A stretch of 64,000 nt of DNA, taken from NCBI GenBank assembly GCA_034530615.2, contig JAVRCV020000039.1:53863-117862 (forward strand), written 5' to 3'. The translations under genes and the position numbers were made by a program. Numbering within the stretch: position 1 is the first letter of the stretch; each line of letters opens with the position of its first letter. This DNA comes from Aulosira sp. ZfuVER01. GTDB lineage: Bacteria > Cyanobacteriota > Cyanobacteriia > Cyanobacteriales > Nostocaceae. Below are positions 48,501-58,420 of this stretch, piece after piece. The notes beneath the pieces were generated by a model that saw only the letters and a list, made by a program, of their open reading frames with translations, did no database searches and was not told the DNA's origin.

Positions 48501-51248
48501 ACCTTCTACTACCTTGGTGACACTACTATATTTTATTTGTTGTAATTCCAAACGCAGCCGTTGACCTGTGATAGGTTTTCCTGTAGGGTCAGTAACAATG
48601 GTTTCAAGAGAAAAGGGTTTGCCAGCATCAGCAACAAAATTACTTTTTAACCCAATCAGACGATTACTAGGTAAAGCTGTAAAACTTTGCGAATTCGCCA
48701 CAGATAAATTAGACACATCTGCAACTTGCACATCTACCCGATAAGTCATTGGGTATGGTAAATCCTTCGCTACCGTCAGACTTTGTTCGCTTTTACCGTT
48801 CTCATCTAATTTAGAGTTTGCCTGCAAGACATCGCTAGTTAAAGTTGGGCTTTCTTCCGGCCAAAACCATTGTCTACCAAAGCTAAATTCTTCCCAACCT
48901 TTAGGAATAAAATTAGCCTGCTGGCGCGTAACAAAGTATTTGGCTTCTCCTCCTTGTACAGGCGCACCAAATAGATAATTACTAGCAGCTTTAGCCTCAA
49001 CTTTCTCCCCAATTAAGGCAAATTCTTTATCTAAGTTGAGTTCGACTTTAAAGTTGGGTGGTTTAAATTCAGCTACTCGGAACTCTCCCGAAATTTCTTG
49101 TCCGCTTTTACCTTTAGCCTCGATTGTATAGTAGCCTAAACGTTGAGTTTTATTTATGGGTAACTCTAGGGAAAAAGTACCAAACTCGTTGGTTGTCTTT
49201 GTGCCTAAATTAGTTCTTTGCCCATCAGGATTAACTAGAGTTAATTGGTAAATAGCATTTTTATCTTGCTGAATTGTACCGTTTTGTAAGTAATCGGCAA
49301 AGCCAGTTAACCAAGCTTTTTCTCCTGGTTGATATAATTGCCTATCTGAGAATATCACTCCCCGTGATTCTGGTTTCCCTTCTTGCCAACCTGTATCAAT
49401 ACCATAACCATAGGCACCGCTATATTCTTCTGTGCGGGTAAATGCCCAATCTTGATTTTCACGGGCAATTATTAGCAATTCTGGTGCTTTGGCAAATCTT
49501 TGAGTACCAGGAAAACATTGCTGTAAATCTTCACGTTTAATGCTTAAATTACCACTATCATCAGTTTTCCCAGTTGTGCAAGGTGAAGCTAGCGAACGAG
49601 ATTTGTCGTTTAATTTTGATTGATAAATTTCTACAGTCGCAGCTTTCACAGGCGAACCATCGCTAAGATGATGCACCCGAATTAAGCCGGAATCAGGAAA
49701 CCACTGAGAAAATACACCCAAATTTGTTAATTGTACTAAGCCGTAAGTTGTGGGTTCACGCCAAAGTTCTTTACCATTTTCTTGATATTTATTAGTACGT
49801 GCTTGCACTCCATAAGCTAACATCCCTGTTGGAGAAGATAGCTTTTCTCTCAGAGGAATACTGATATCAACTGATTGATTTTTCTTCCCTGTCACCGGGA
49901 AACTTTGCCATTCAACTGGTTGAGATAAGAAATTATTCGCATAATTATTGTAAACCAAATCTGTGGGTTGAATTAGTTTATAAGCGGCTTTGTACTTCGC
50001 CTCTGGCAGATTTATTGTATTAATATTTAGCTGTAAATCCTTACCTGAAGGGAAAATATTTAAATCTGAGGGAACCCAAATATCCCCAGCTAAATCACCG
50101 GTTTCATATTTAACTGTGACAGGTTTACCCAAAGTCTGTCCAAATTTATCTTTGAGATTTGCACCAAGAGTAATGTTATAAGTAGTGTCTGGTGCTAATG
50201 CATAAGGATTAATGCTGACAACCCTATCTTCGTCACCAATTTGGAAAAGTCTCGGAATATCTTTTGGTTCAGGATTAATTTTAATATTTTCTCTAGCAGA
50301 ATCTGCTACTAAGATGTTATTAAATTCTAACTGCGGGCTACCTTGAACAAATCTCCCATAGGTTCCACCTGCATCTGGTTGTCCATATAAATTAATTCCC
50401 TGAAATGCTAAAGGTGAATAGGTTGCTAATTTACTAGCAAATTCTTTATCGCTAGGTAAATTACCATAAGCAGGACGGATACCAGGCGCAAAATTTAAGC
50501 GATAACGAGTTGCTTGTGCAAGAGTTTGCTGGGGAATAAGCTGATAAATCCAGTTTTTTACTGAAGGGTCAAATTTTTCTAAGGGATCTTCGTTTTCTAT
50601 GGGTTTATCTTCTTTAGCTAATTCAACTTTGAATCCAATACCTTGATTTTTACCTTCAGGTACTAACTGTAAATGTTCTTCAACTGAAGCTGTATCTAGT
50701 TCTACATTGGAGGTAAATTGTAATTTAGGCTGCAAATCAATTGGTTGAATATCAGCCTTTTCCATCGGATTTACGCCAGGTAAATTAGTTAGCTTAATCG
50801 GTTGAGTATTAAAAGTCCAAGCTAAATCTTTATCTAAGCGATGATTTTTTAGATCGGCTAAACCAGATTTTAAGGTTACTTGAAATCTGGTAGCTTGTGG
50901 TAATGCTTTATCTGCTTGAAATCCCACCATGCGCGGTGTTAAAAAGCGAAATCTACCGGATAAAAGTGGTACAAGTTCAAATTTTTGCAGTAAGTTTTGC
51001 TGTTCTGGGCTATCCAGACTTTCAACTGGGATTAAAGCTTCTTTAAATCGGATGCGAATTTGATTGAGAGGTTTCGCATCACCAATAGGACTAATTTGTT
51101 CAATCCAATCTGGTAATTTGGGTGGGGACAGAGGCGCAACTGTTGGTAATTGTTCTTTACCTGAGCCAATTCCAAAAAAATTACAACCTGCTATTCCTAG
51201 GATAAGTGTTAGGGTAAGTAAGAAGTTAATTAAAATTTTAATTATCAT
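45531..51248 (-). CDS. Bacterial alpha-2-macroglobulin family lipoprotein
   Basis: Lipobox IAGC, FSDRQLYQPGE, FRVAEFKPP, LPDDLTTWRVMA and DPLPAGLE motifs, with pbpC nearby. No CxEQ thioester motif seen (FAEP at the probable equivalent site). Confidence 0.93.
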   Translation of the reverse strand: MIIKILINFLLTLTLILGIAGCNFFGIGSGKEQLPTVAPLSPPKLPDWIEQISPIGDAKPLNQIRIRFKEALIPVESLDSPEQQNLLQKFELVPLLSGRFRFLTPRMVGFQADKALPQATRFQVTLKSGLADLKNHRLDKDLAWTFNTQPIKLTNLPGVNPMEKADIQPIDLQPKLQFTSNVELDTASVEEHLQLVPEGKNQGIGFKVELAKEDKPIENEDPLEKFDPSVKNWIYQLIPQQTLAQATRYRLNFAPGIRPAYGNLPSDKEFASKLATYSPLAFQGINLYGQPDAGGTYGRFVQGSPQLEFNNILVADSARENIKINPEPKDIPRLFQIGDEDRVVSINPYALAPDTTYNITLGANLKDKFGQTLGKPVTVKYETGDLAGDIWVPSDLNIFPSGKDLQLNINTINLPEAKYKAAYKLIQPTDLVYNNYANNFLSQPVEWQSFPVTGKKNQSVDISIPLREKLSSPTGMLAYGVQARTNKYQENGKELWREPTTYGLVQLTNLGVFSQWFPDSGLIRVHHLSDGSPVKAATVEIYQSKLNDKSRSLASPCTTGKTDDSGNLSIKREDLQQCFPGTQRFAKAPELLIIARENQDWAFTRTEEYSGAYGYGIDTGWQEGKPESRGVIFSDRQLYQPGEKAWLTGFADYLQNGTIQQDKNAIYQLTLVNPDGQRTNLGTKTTNEFGTFSLELPINKTQRLGYYTIEAKGKSGQEISGEFRVAEFKPPNFKVELNLDKEFALIGEKVEAKAASNYLFGAPVQGGEAKYFVTRQQANFIPKGWEEFSFGRQWFWPEESPTLTSDVLQANSKLDENGKSEQSLTVAKDLPYPMTYRVDVQVADVSNLSVANSQSFTALPSNRLIGLKSNFVADAGKPFSLETIVTDPTGKPITGQRLRLELQQIKYSSVTKVVEGSRTPKNQVEYKTVGQAEVTSADKPQSVTLTPKESGSYRIRANFSDTKDELSATDLQIWVTGDNQVFWGSPEEDRLEVKLDKKEFQAGEIATALIQSPYPEAELYFAVIKDKPLYQQTIKVKGGAPQIQFEITPEMLPNAAVQAVLVRQGAPLNEVEPGSLDKLVKIGFAPFKVNLQNKYLKVQVKPLQASLEPGAEETVQLELTDNQDIPTQGQFTVMVVNEAVLQLSGYRPPDLVNTVYAEQAIATRFSDNRPDVVIQPQDIPKPKGWGYGGGFSSGAANTRVRTDFQALAYYNGSVVTDASGKAQITFKLPDDLTTWRVMAVTTDGNLRFGNGDNTFITTKPLLTNAILPQFARPGDRILAGLSVTNNTGNTGNLSINGELSGTVKFADKNPTSAALQTKAETVTQAYRFPMVAENVGVGKVRFTTQLNNTADAFEVPLEVKPLEITEQVVETGITEKQAKILVNVDKNTFSDAGGLDIQLASTLVPEIKAPAKKVLADNELPFAEPAASQLIIAANLQTLSQKYAQTFAEFNTSQQANLATEQLQKLQVADGGFASYPEQEKSDPWISSYAAESLAKANQAFPSLINSGMLSRLKGYLQKVLANPGQYDFCKQQLCKNQLQLNALIALAELGDKRNSFLADIYQQRNNFDLVNQIKLARYLSQFPEWQDESQTMLNQLQQNIYETGRTAVISLPQSWGWMSSSTTAQAQALRLFIANKAKPEVVDRLFQSLLAQRRDGTWQTSYNNAQALTALVEYSQLQPTPPNFVTFVQLAGKKLGENRFEGYSNPSLQLNVPMDKLPRGRHDLVLRKSGTGKLHYLVAYNYRLQGNQPGKFNGLRVTREIQKVGEEKVLQKLGLYASDKPLTLTPGQVFDIGLEIISDHPVDHVVITDPLPAGLEAVDASFQTTTAALQAKADSWQLGFKNIYRDRIIAYADHLGPGVYSLHYLVRSVTPGKFLWPGAEAHLQYAPEEFGRAAESTLILEEKN

Positions 51249-51741
51249 AATAGTTTTATATAGATATATCTCTTCTCTTTGCGCTTTTGCGTGAGATTAT
51301 TATATAGATAACCAATGCAATACGATTGTTCCTAACAATTACTACAATTCTTAACGATGGTAATATGCTGGGAAGTGAGAGACTTTTTTTAACGACCCAC
51401 AAAGACACGTTCGCCTAAAGCCTGCGGCATAGCTACGTTTAGGGCGTAGCCTCTCGTAGAGAAGAGAAGGACAAGAAGAGGAAGAGAAGTTTGCAAAAAA
51501 TTAGATATTTATATTAAGAAGTATTGACTTTTTGGATGCAATGTTTGAAATGTTTAAATACATCCTCTAACGGTCTCTCACCATTTGTAAAAAACTACCA
51601 ATTACAAATGACAACTTGATGAAAAATTTTACAACTTAAATTATATTACTATCGCAAATTAAGTTATTACAGATTAAAAATATAGCCGGAATTTAGTTTG
51701 CTGCGAGAATCTGGGAAAACTAACTTAATCCAGAAGCGATT

Positions 51742-52993
51742 ATGGCTGACTTATTAGGTATGAAAATTGCTCATAAACTGGTTGGAAGCTTTGTTGGTGT
51801 TTCCTTTTTAACGAGTATTGTTGGTGTGGTGGCGATCGCGCAATGCCAAAAAATAGCTGAAAGTTTGGCGATCGCAGAAGCTGAAAACGTTGCCCAAGTG
51901 ATTGCTATTTCAACTACTCGCCATTCTGACGATCAAAAATTTATTTCTGTTGAACCTTCTGAGGCAATGCAAAACTACATCATGCTGCTGCATAAGTTGC
52001 AACAGCGGGATATTGAGGTGGTCAATCGACAGAAAGTGATTATAGCAGATGCTGTGCCCGAAGATATTGGAACTATTCTTGAGCATGACCAAGGCAATGA
52101 AGTTCAGCAAACAATGCAGGATGGAAAGGCTAGAACTTTTTTGGAAAAGAGTGACGATTATCCCCAAGGAATTAAATTAATTGTTGTCCCCTGGAAAACC
52201 AATCAAAATCAGATTAGTGGTGCAGTTATTTTAGAATGGTCATCGCTATTTGATGAGGCAATCGCCCAAGCTAAACCCACAATGGTGTTGATTGCTATAA
52301 CCAGTTTAGGTTGTGTGATGTTGGCATTGATTCTCGGGTTGCAAATTTCTAGTAGCATATTTTCTGCATGAAGACCTGATCAAGCTGCTGCAATCCATGA
52401 AGATTGGTACTGAACGGATTCGGCAAATTGTGTTATCTCTGCGTAACTTCTCCCGCTTAGATGAAGCTGAATTTAAAGCTGTTGACCTACATGATGGCAT
52501 TGACAATACACTACTGATTTTAAAACATCGCCTCCAGGCAAAACCAGAGTCTTCAGGAATTGAAGTGGTGAAAAACTACAGCAAATTACCTTTGGTTGAG
52601 TGTTATCCTGGACAACTCAATCAGGTATTTATAAACTTACTGGCGAATGCAATTGATGTGCTGGAGGAATCTGCACAAAAACAGACAAAAATTGCTCAAC
52701 AAACACAGCCCAGTACAATTTGGATTTCTACTCAAGTAAAAGCTGATAATTTAGTGCAGATTGCGATCGCAGACAATGGTTTAGGGATAAATGAAAAAGT
52801 GCGATCGCGCATTTTTGATCCCTTCTTTACTACCAAACCAATCGGTCAAGGTACAGGCTTAGGCTTATCCATCAGCTACAAAATCATCACAGAAAAGCAT
52901 CATGGCAAGATTTGGTGTGATTCTACAGCAGGAGAGGGCACCAAATTTGTGATTGAAATCCCAGTTCATCAACCTAAACTCATGGCGAGTTGA
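51742..52993 (+). pseudogene. Sensor histidine kinase split by an internal deletion
   Basis: 51742-52371 encodes TM-sensor-TM. In another frame from about 52361 the sequence reads FLHEDLIKLLQSMKIGTERIRQIV..., followed by a HATPase (NAID, DNGLG, FFTTK, GTGLGL). HAMP and H-box are absent. Confidence 0.8.
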
Positions 52994-53082
52994 AAGACTT
53001 ACTCAAGTATCAAAGATTTCCTGATTACAGTGCGATCGCTACGTCAAAATTAAAGTAGTTCGACAGGGTAGGGGATTCGCTG

Positions 53083-55461
53083 ATGCAACTAACTTCACGT
53101 TGGCCGATCCAAATTATGCAAAAAGTTTGGCGGGGGTTGAATCGCAGCAAAAAAGGTAAAGTGATTTTAGCTTTGCTGTTGATGTGCTTGGCGGTGCGCT
53201 TAATGCCATATTTTGCGCCTGTTCGCGCTACAGATATTCAGCAAAGTCAGCTAGCGATGCAATTTAGCGATCGCAATGGGCTACCCTTAGGAACTATACT
53301 CACCCGCGATCGCGAACATACAGCAGTAGTCCCGTTAGATCGAGTCTCCCCCCAATTTATTCAGGCGATTTTAGCTGCTGAAGATGGTAGCTTCTATGAT
53401 CATGGGGCGTTGGATTTAAAAGCAGTTGTCCGCGCTATGAAAGAAGCGATTCACGCGAAAAAAGTTGTCTCTGGTGCTTCGACAATTACTATGCAATTGT
53501 CGCGGATGTTAGATCCCGTTCCTCGCAATCTTGGGGGTAAGCTGCGGGAGATTTGGTTAGCTTGGCGGTTAACTGCTGGGATGAATAAGGATGAAATTCT
53601 CGCGGCTTATGTTAATCGTTTACCAATGGGGGGAAATATTTATGGTGTGGAAGCAGCAGCCCGTACTTATTTTTCTATCCCAGCCAGCGATTTGAATCTG
53701 GCTCAAGCTAGTCTGTTAGCAGCTATCCCTAATAATCCCACTTATTTTGACCCTTTAGAGCATTGGGAACGGTTAAAGCAGCGTCAAAAATACGTTCTCA
53801 AGCAGATGGTACAGGATAGCTACATTACTTCCTCCTTAGCAGAACACGCAGCTACAGAAAAAGTTGTATTTCAATCTCGTCAACGAGGAATTATTGCTGC
53901 ACCTCACTTTTTATTTTGGTTAGCGAGTCAGCAAAGTACTCCAACAGAGGAAGGGGAGGGAATAATCTGCACGACAATCAATCGCCCCTTACAACAATTT
54001 GTAGAAGCACAGGTAAAGCAGGTAATTTCTTCACTCGCGCCGAATAATGTCCATGATGCAGCGGCTTTGGTAATTGACAACCACACTGGGGAAGTTTTGG
54101 CTTATGTCGGTTCGCCCGATTACTTTAACGAAGCCAAACTCGGACGTAATGATGGCGTACAGGCTTTACGTCAACCAGGTTCTACCCTGAAGCCGTTTGT
54201 GTATGAATTGGCGTTAGAAAAAGGTGCAATTCGCCCAAATACTATTTTGGCTGACGTACCTGCTTACTACGCAATTCCGGGTGCGAAACTTTATAGCCCT
54301 ACAGATTATACTCAAACCTTTCTCGGCCCGGTACGGGTGCGCGTTGCTTTGGCAAATTCCCTCAATGTCCCCGCCGTTAGGGTATTAGAAAAGGTAGGCG
54401 TACCAAATTTTCTAGAATATCTGCATCAATTGGGGTTTGAACACCTCAATCAAACCCCAGAATATTATGGTTTGGGTTTAACTTTGGGTAGTGGCGAAGT
54501 CAGTCTTTGGGAATTAGCCAGGGCTTACGTGACTATGGCGCGACAAGGTGAAGCTATCTCGCTGGTTACTACTTTCTCCAATTCCTCAATCCGTCTTGGA
54601 AAGTTTGCTACGGAGGGAAACCCTCCTGGCAACTTTCCGCAAAATCCAAAATCTAAAATCCAAAATCGAACGGCTTGGCAATTAATTATTGATATGTTGA
54701 GCGATCGCCATGCCCGTGCTACCGCTTTTGGTGTAGACTCGGTATTAAATTTACCCTTTCCATCTGCGGTTAAAACTGGCACATCTTCAAATTTCCGCGA
54801 TACTTGGACAGTAGGCTTTACTAGCGATTACACCGTCGCTACCTGGGTAGGAAATTTTAGTGGCGAACCGATGCGACAGGTATCAGGAGTTACAGGAGCA
54901 GCTCCTTTGTGGAATCGGATTATGTTACATCTGCACGAGCATCAAGAACCATCTAGCTTTACCCCTCCTGAAGGTTTAGTGCAATTACCTATCTGTGCGA
55001 TATCTGGGTTAAAACCTACACCAAATTGTGCTTCAGTGGTACAGGAATATTTTTATCCAGAAGACAAAATTGCCTACGAAACTCAACAACCAAGCAACTT
55101 ACCGCCAGAATATGATGAATGGTTAGCTAAACAGCAACAATCAACTTTTAATACTAGTAATTTGCGGATTTTATCTCCTCATAATGGCGATTTATTTTTG
55201 CTGTATCCAGGGGAACAAACAACACAGAAACTAGAGTTTAAGCTAGTAGGAAAGGCAGCTGAACCTGTAGAGTGGCTATTAAATGGAGAAAAGCTAGCTA
55301 TAGATTCAGCTAATTCTTTATTTTGGTATCTGCGCCCTGGTAAATGGACATTGGAAGCCAGAAGTGGAGAAAGTAGCGATCGCGTCAACTTTCAAGTCCA
55401 GTTAGCCAGTAGAAAATCCACACGTCGCGGCTTTTCGGTTGTGAATTCCTCAGGTGGGTAA
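53083..55461 (+). CDS. pbpC: Penicillin-binding protein 1C
   Basis: Transglycosylase AAED and GASTITMQ motifs. Transpeptidase STLK, SLN and KTGTS motifs. Confidence 0.93.
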   Translation: MQLTSRWPIQIMQKVWRGLNRSKKGKVILALLLMCLAVRLMPYFAPVRATDIQQSQLAMQFSDRNGLPLGTILTRDREHTAVVPLDRVSPQFIQAILAAEDGSFYDHGALDLKAVVRAMKEAIHAKKVVSGASTITMQLSRMLDPVPRNLGGKLREIWLAWRLTAGMNKDEILAAYVNRLPMGGNIYGVEAAARTYFSIPASDLNLAQASLLAAIPNNPTYFDPLEHWERLKQRQKYVLKQMVQDSYITSSLAEHAATEKVVFQSRQRGIIAAPHFLFWLASQQSTPTEEGEGIICTTINRPLQQFVEAQVKQVISSLAPNNVHDAAALVIDNHTGEVLAYVGSPDYFNEAKLGRNDGVQALRQPGSTLKPFVYELALEKGAIRPNTILADVPAYYAIPGAKLYSPTDYTQTFLGPVRVRVALANSLNVPAVRVLEKVGVPNFLEYLHQLGFEHLNQTPEYYGLGLTLGSGEVSLWELARAYVTMARQGEAISLVTTFSNSSIRLGKFATEGNPPGNFPQNPKSKIQNRTAWQLIIDMLSDRHARATAFGVDSVLNLPFPSAVKTGTSSNFRDTWTVGFTSDYTVATWVGNFSGEPMRQVSGVTGAAPLWNRIMLHLHEHQEPSSFTPPEGLVQLPICAISGLKPTPNCASVVQEYFYPEDKIAYETQQPSNLPPEYDEWLAKQQQSTFNTSNLRILSPHNGDLFLLYPGEQTTQKLEFKLVGKAAEPVEWLLNGEKLAIDSANSLFWYLRPGKWTLEARSGESSDRVNFQVQLASRKSTRRGFSVVNSSGG
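54593..54640. repeat. 48-bp hairpin element inserted in frame in pbpC
   Basis: GGAAAGTT..GGAGGG-AAA-CCCTCC..AACTTTCC, embedded in AAAATCC heptamer repeats. Confidence 0.7.
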
Positions 55462-55504
55462 TTAATGCCCATAATAAAGTGAGGCAATTAACGAGCAAAC
55501 AATC

Positions 55505-55822
55505 ATGACATTTACCGCCACCGAACATAAATACGTACAACTAGATGAGCGTGGTATACCTTTCATTGCAGGTACAACCATGAAAGTTGTGGAATTGATA
55601 ACCTCTCAGTTTGCTTATGGTTGGAGTCCGGAAGAATTACACCTCAACTACCCTCATCTCAGTATGAGCCAGATTCATTCTGCACTAGCTTATTACTGGG
55701 ATCATAAATCAGAAATTGATTTAGACATGGAGCAACGCTTTCAATTTGCTGAGAAATTACGCAAAGAAGCAGGAGAATCACCTTTAGCTGCTAGACTCAG
55801 GGCACAAGGACTGTTGAAGTGA
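55505..55822 (+). CDS. DUF433 antitoxin-like protein
   Basis: GIPFIAGT..GWSPEEL..YPHLSMSQIHSALAYYWDH motif. Confidence 0.88.
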   Translation: MTFTATEHKYVQLDERGIPFIAGTTMKVVELITSQFAYGWSPEELHLNYPHLSMSQIHSALAYYWDHKSEIDLDMEQRFQFAEKLRKEAGESPLAARLRAQGLLK

Positions 55823-56175
55823 GTATAGCTCTATATATAGATGAAAATGTCCCTCGTTCTATTACGCTTGGATTACGCCTGCGAGGAGTTGATGTTTTAA
55901 CAGTCCAGGAAGATGGCTATAGTGGCCTGGAAGATTTGCAAGTACTCGATCGCGCAAAACAACTACAACGAGTGGTATTTTCTCAAGATGAAGATTTTCT
56001 CATTGAGGCTAACCGCCGTCAGACTGAGGATATCGATTTTTCAGGTGTAATTTATGCCCATCAACGCAGTATTTCGATTGGTGATTGTGTCCGCGATTTA
56101 GAAATAATTGCCAAAGCTGCTAATTTTCAAGAATTTGTTAACCGTGTTTTATATCTACCTTTATATAGTGCATAA
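55819..56175 (+). CDS. DUF5615 PIN-like toxin
   Basis: LYIDENV..GVDVLTV..D..RVVFSQDEDF motif. GTGA overlap with the DUF433 gene. Confidence 0.85.
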   Translation: MSIALYIDENVPRSITLGLRLRGVDVLTVQEDGYSGLEDLQVLDRAKQLQRVVFSQDEDFLIEANRRQTEDIDFSGVIYAHQRSISIGDCVRDLEIIAKAANFQEFVNRVLYLPLYSA

Positions 56176-56298
56176 AAGAAGAGGTCGCTATTCCCGTAGG
56201 ATTACTGAAAAAAAATAATTTACTTCTTCAGAAATTTGCAGTTTTGAAATTGATGTTATAAATTAGTCCTGAAGTTTTAATTAAAGGTTCATGTAACT

Positions 56299-56463
56299 AT
56301 GACAAACACACCGACTACCTCTAAAACACAAGAAAACAAATCTGCCAAGAAGAGACAGCAGTCCTTCCCCAAAACAGATATTGGTTCTCCTAGAGTCCCT
56401 ATCCGTAAAAAGCAGACAAAGCAACAGTATGAATTACTTAGTGACTGGGAACACTCAAGTTAA
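56299..56463 (+). CDS. Putative 54-aa basic small protein
   Basis: Below the ORF-track cutoff: MTNTPTTSKTQENKSAKKRQQSFPKTDIGSPRVPIRKKQTKQQYELLSDWEHSS*. Its stop overlaps the convergent gene's stop (TTAA). Confidence 0.45.
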   Translation: MTNTPTTSKTQENKSAKKRQQSFPKTDIGSPRVPIRKKQTKQQYELLSDWEHSS

Positions 56464-57062
56464 CCTGCTGCTGTTAAATTCCACTTACATAGTTGAGAAG
56501 CAGTTGTCATGCGAGGGCGATTATATTGATAAAATCCATCAATATTCAACAAAGCATTGCGATAAAAAATCCACTCAATCGGATCTTCCCCATCTTTGGT
56601 AGTACGAATGATATTTCCTTGGCTAATTGTCAGACGTTTCTCTGAGTCCCAATGAAATGCAGATTCAGGTATTTGATTCTGCTGATGTACGGCCCATGAT
56701 ATCGCTAACGCTTCACCTGCGATTCGATTGCCATCAACTTTACCCCGAAGACAAATAAAGTCATCTGAATGGGGATATCCATAATATCCATCAACGCGAT
56801 TACCTATTTTGGCGAAGACAAAACAAACTCCTGCACCATCTCGCCAATCTTGAGGAGCGCTTTGGCTACAAAATTGGTAGTTGTCATCTGCTAAATCCGC
56901 AACTTTGACTGATTTTGCTCCTATTTGGGCTGCAATCTCGAAGTCTTGGCTTGGGGAATAAGGAATTTCTTGGCTGTTAACTTGACTGCATGAAATTGGC
57001 AAGCCTGCTAATAGGGCTAGATAAACTATAGCTAGCTGCGAGAGATGGCTTTTATTAAGCAT
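56460..57062 (-). CDS. Hypothetical exported protein / lipoprotein
   Basis: GGAGG before MLNKSH, a hydrophobic signal ending ISC, and YQFCSQ..GAGVCFVFAK..GYYGYPHSD..C motifs. Confidence 0.75.
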   Translation of the reverse strand: MLNKSHLSQLAIVYLALLAGLPISCSQVNSQEIPYSPSQDFEIAAQIGAKSVKVADLADDNYQFCSQSAPQDWRDGAGVCFVFAKIGNRVDGYYGYPHSDDFICLRGKVDGNRIAGEALAISWAVHQQNQIPESAFHWDSEKRLTISQGNIIRTTKDGEDPIEWIFYRNALLNIDGFYQYNRPRMTTASQLCKWNLTAAG

Positions 57063-57146
57063 CTTCTCACCTCCAGATTTCTGGAAGGCTCGCACTTTGA
57101 TGAGATATCAGAGTGGAACTATCACAAATTCAAAAGTGACGTATCT

Positions 57147-57260
57147 TTAAATAGCAGGGGCAGCAGATACAATCATCAACACCAAAAGTGCCAAAATCAA
57201 CACAGAAATTTTGATGATGAGATAAGTACCAACATCAGGTACTAGAGTATTGTGTAACAT
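57147..57260 (-). CDS. Putative 37-aa single-TM small protein
   Basis: GGAGGTAAAA-ATG followed by MLHNTLVPDVGTYLIIKISVLILALLVLMIVSAAPAI*. Confidence 0.55.
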   Translation of the reverse strand: MLHNTLVPDVGTYLIIKISVLILALLVLMIVSAAPAI

Positions 57261-57489
57261 TTTTACCTCCATTTGCGTGTCTCTACAAGACAAAAAACAT
57301 TTGAGGTGTTTGTAGATAAGCTGAACTGACTTGTTAAGTTCAGTTTCTCTTTAAGTTTATTTTCCCTCAAAAATAGATACAAAAAATGAACGGTAAACTT
57401 TAAGTAACATTTTTTAGCCTACTGAAACTAAGTTGTGACAGATTTAAACCGTATAGCCATTTATTTTTTGTAAACACAAATGACCAATG

Positions 57490-57691
57490 ATCTCATGTCC
57501 GCCAAATTACTTGTGATATGTCATTGCGAGAGGAACGCAGTGGAACGACGCAATCGCAAAGTTGTTGGGATTGCTACCCTACTCTGCGGGAACGCCTGAC
57601 GGCGAACGGGAACGCTTTCAGCGCTAAGCGAAGCTATGCCGAAGGCTTTACGCTTCGCTCGCAATGAAGACTGTTTAACCGGACATGATAT
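57490..57691. mobile_element. MITE-like element with nested small repeats, inserted in an ATGACCA STRR tract
   Basis: Ends ATCTCATGTCCG / CGGACATGATAT, with internal GTCATTGCGAG..CTCGCAATGA. Confidence 0.7.
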
Positions 57692-57708
57692 GACCAATAA
57701 CTCATGAC

Positions 57709-58203
57709 TTAAAGTGCAGCTCTTTTGTGTGCTGGTAAAAGTTTTTTACTAGCAAGATACTCATGCAATTCATGAGCTTTAAGATGACAAAGCTCTTTTG
57801 CTATTTCATGAATCTTAATATTTCTGGGTAATACAGGCATTAATCCTTCTCGAATCAAACCTAATATTCGAGGTTCGGAAATTATCACGACTTGCTGAAT
57901 TTGATGAGTCTGAATTAAGTTAACTATCTTAGTAGTGATGCTTTGGGTAAAGCGGCGTTCAGATTCAATTAGATGACTGTCGCGGCCATCATCATAGCTA
58001 TGTGCTTGACCAGCAACACCTCGATTCCGTCCAGTTTTAGTACTTGTCCACAGTTCTTGACCTTGTAGTTCGTTATTAGAACTCAACAAAGCTTCATGTT
58101 CGATTAAATGCGGGCCAGAATCATATCCCGGTAATTCTGATGGCTTTAAGGTGAAAAAACGTGCTTTCGTACCATCAATCACAGCAACAAGGTATTTATT
58201 CAT
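57709..58203 (-). CDS. Host attachment protein family (AtsE/baeRF-like)
   Basis: LVAVIDGTKARFF, GRN..HSYDD..ERRF and EPRILGLIR motifs. Confidence 0.8.
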   Translation of the reverse strand: MNKYLVAVIDGTKARFFTLKPSELPGYDSGPHLIEHEALLSSNNELQGQELWTSTKTGRNRGVAGQAHSYDDGRDSHLIESERRFTQSITTKIVNLIQTHQIQQVVIISEPRILGLIREGLMPVLPRNIKIHEIAKELCHLKAHELHEYLASKKLLPAHKRAAL

Positions 58204-58420
58204 AACAACCTACTTTCAATGCTGGATCTCTAAATACTAGCAGTACTAATGAGCATCTTAAACTCTTTGCTCATAAAGCTTTAAATAGACGTAGAACTAG
58301 GGAGACTATAACTATCAGCAAACTAAACGGTATAGTTAAAAAAAATGAGCAATCAGTTAACGCCTACAACAATCTCATTGTGTTTACTCAAGCTTAAAAA
58401 GCGATCGCTTATCCATAACT

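Noticed and set aside
56299..56463. Microviridin precursor (SDWE resemblance)
   Set aside because: It lacks the TxKYPSD core and PFFARFL leader, and there are no ATP-grasp ligases nearby.
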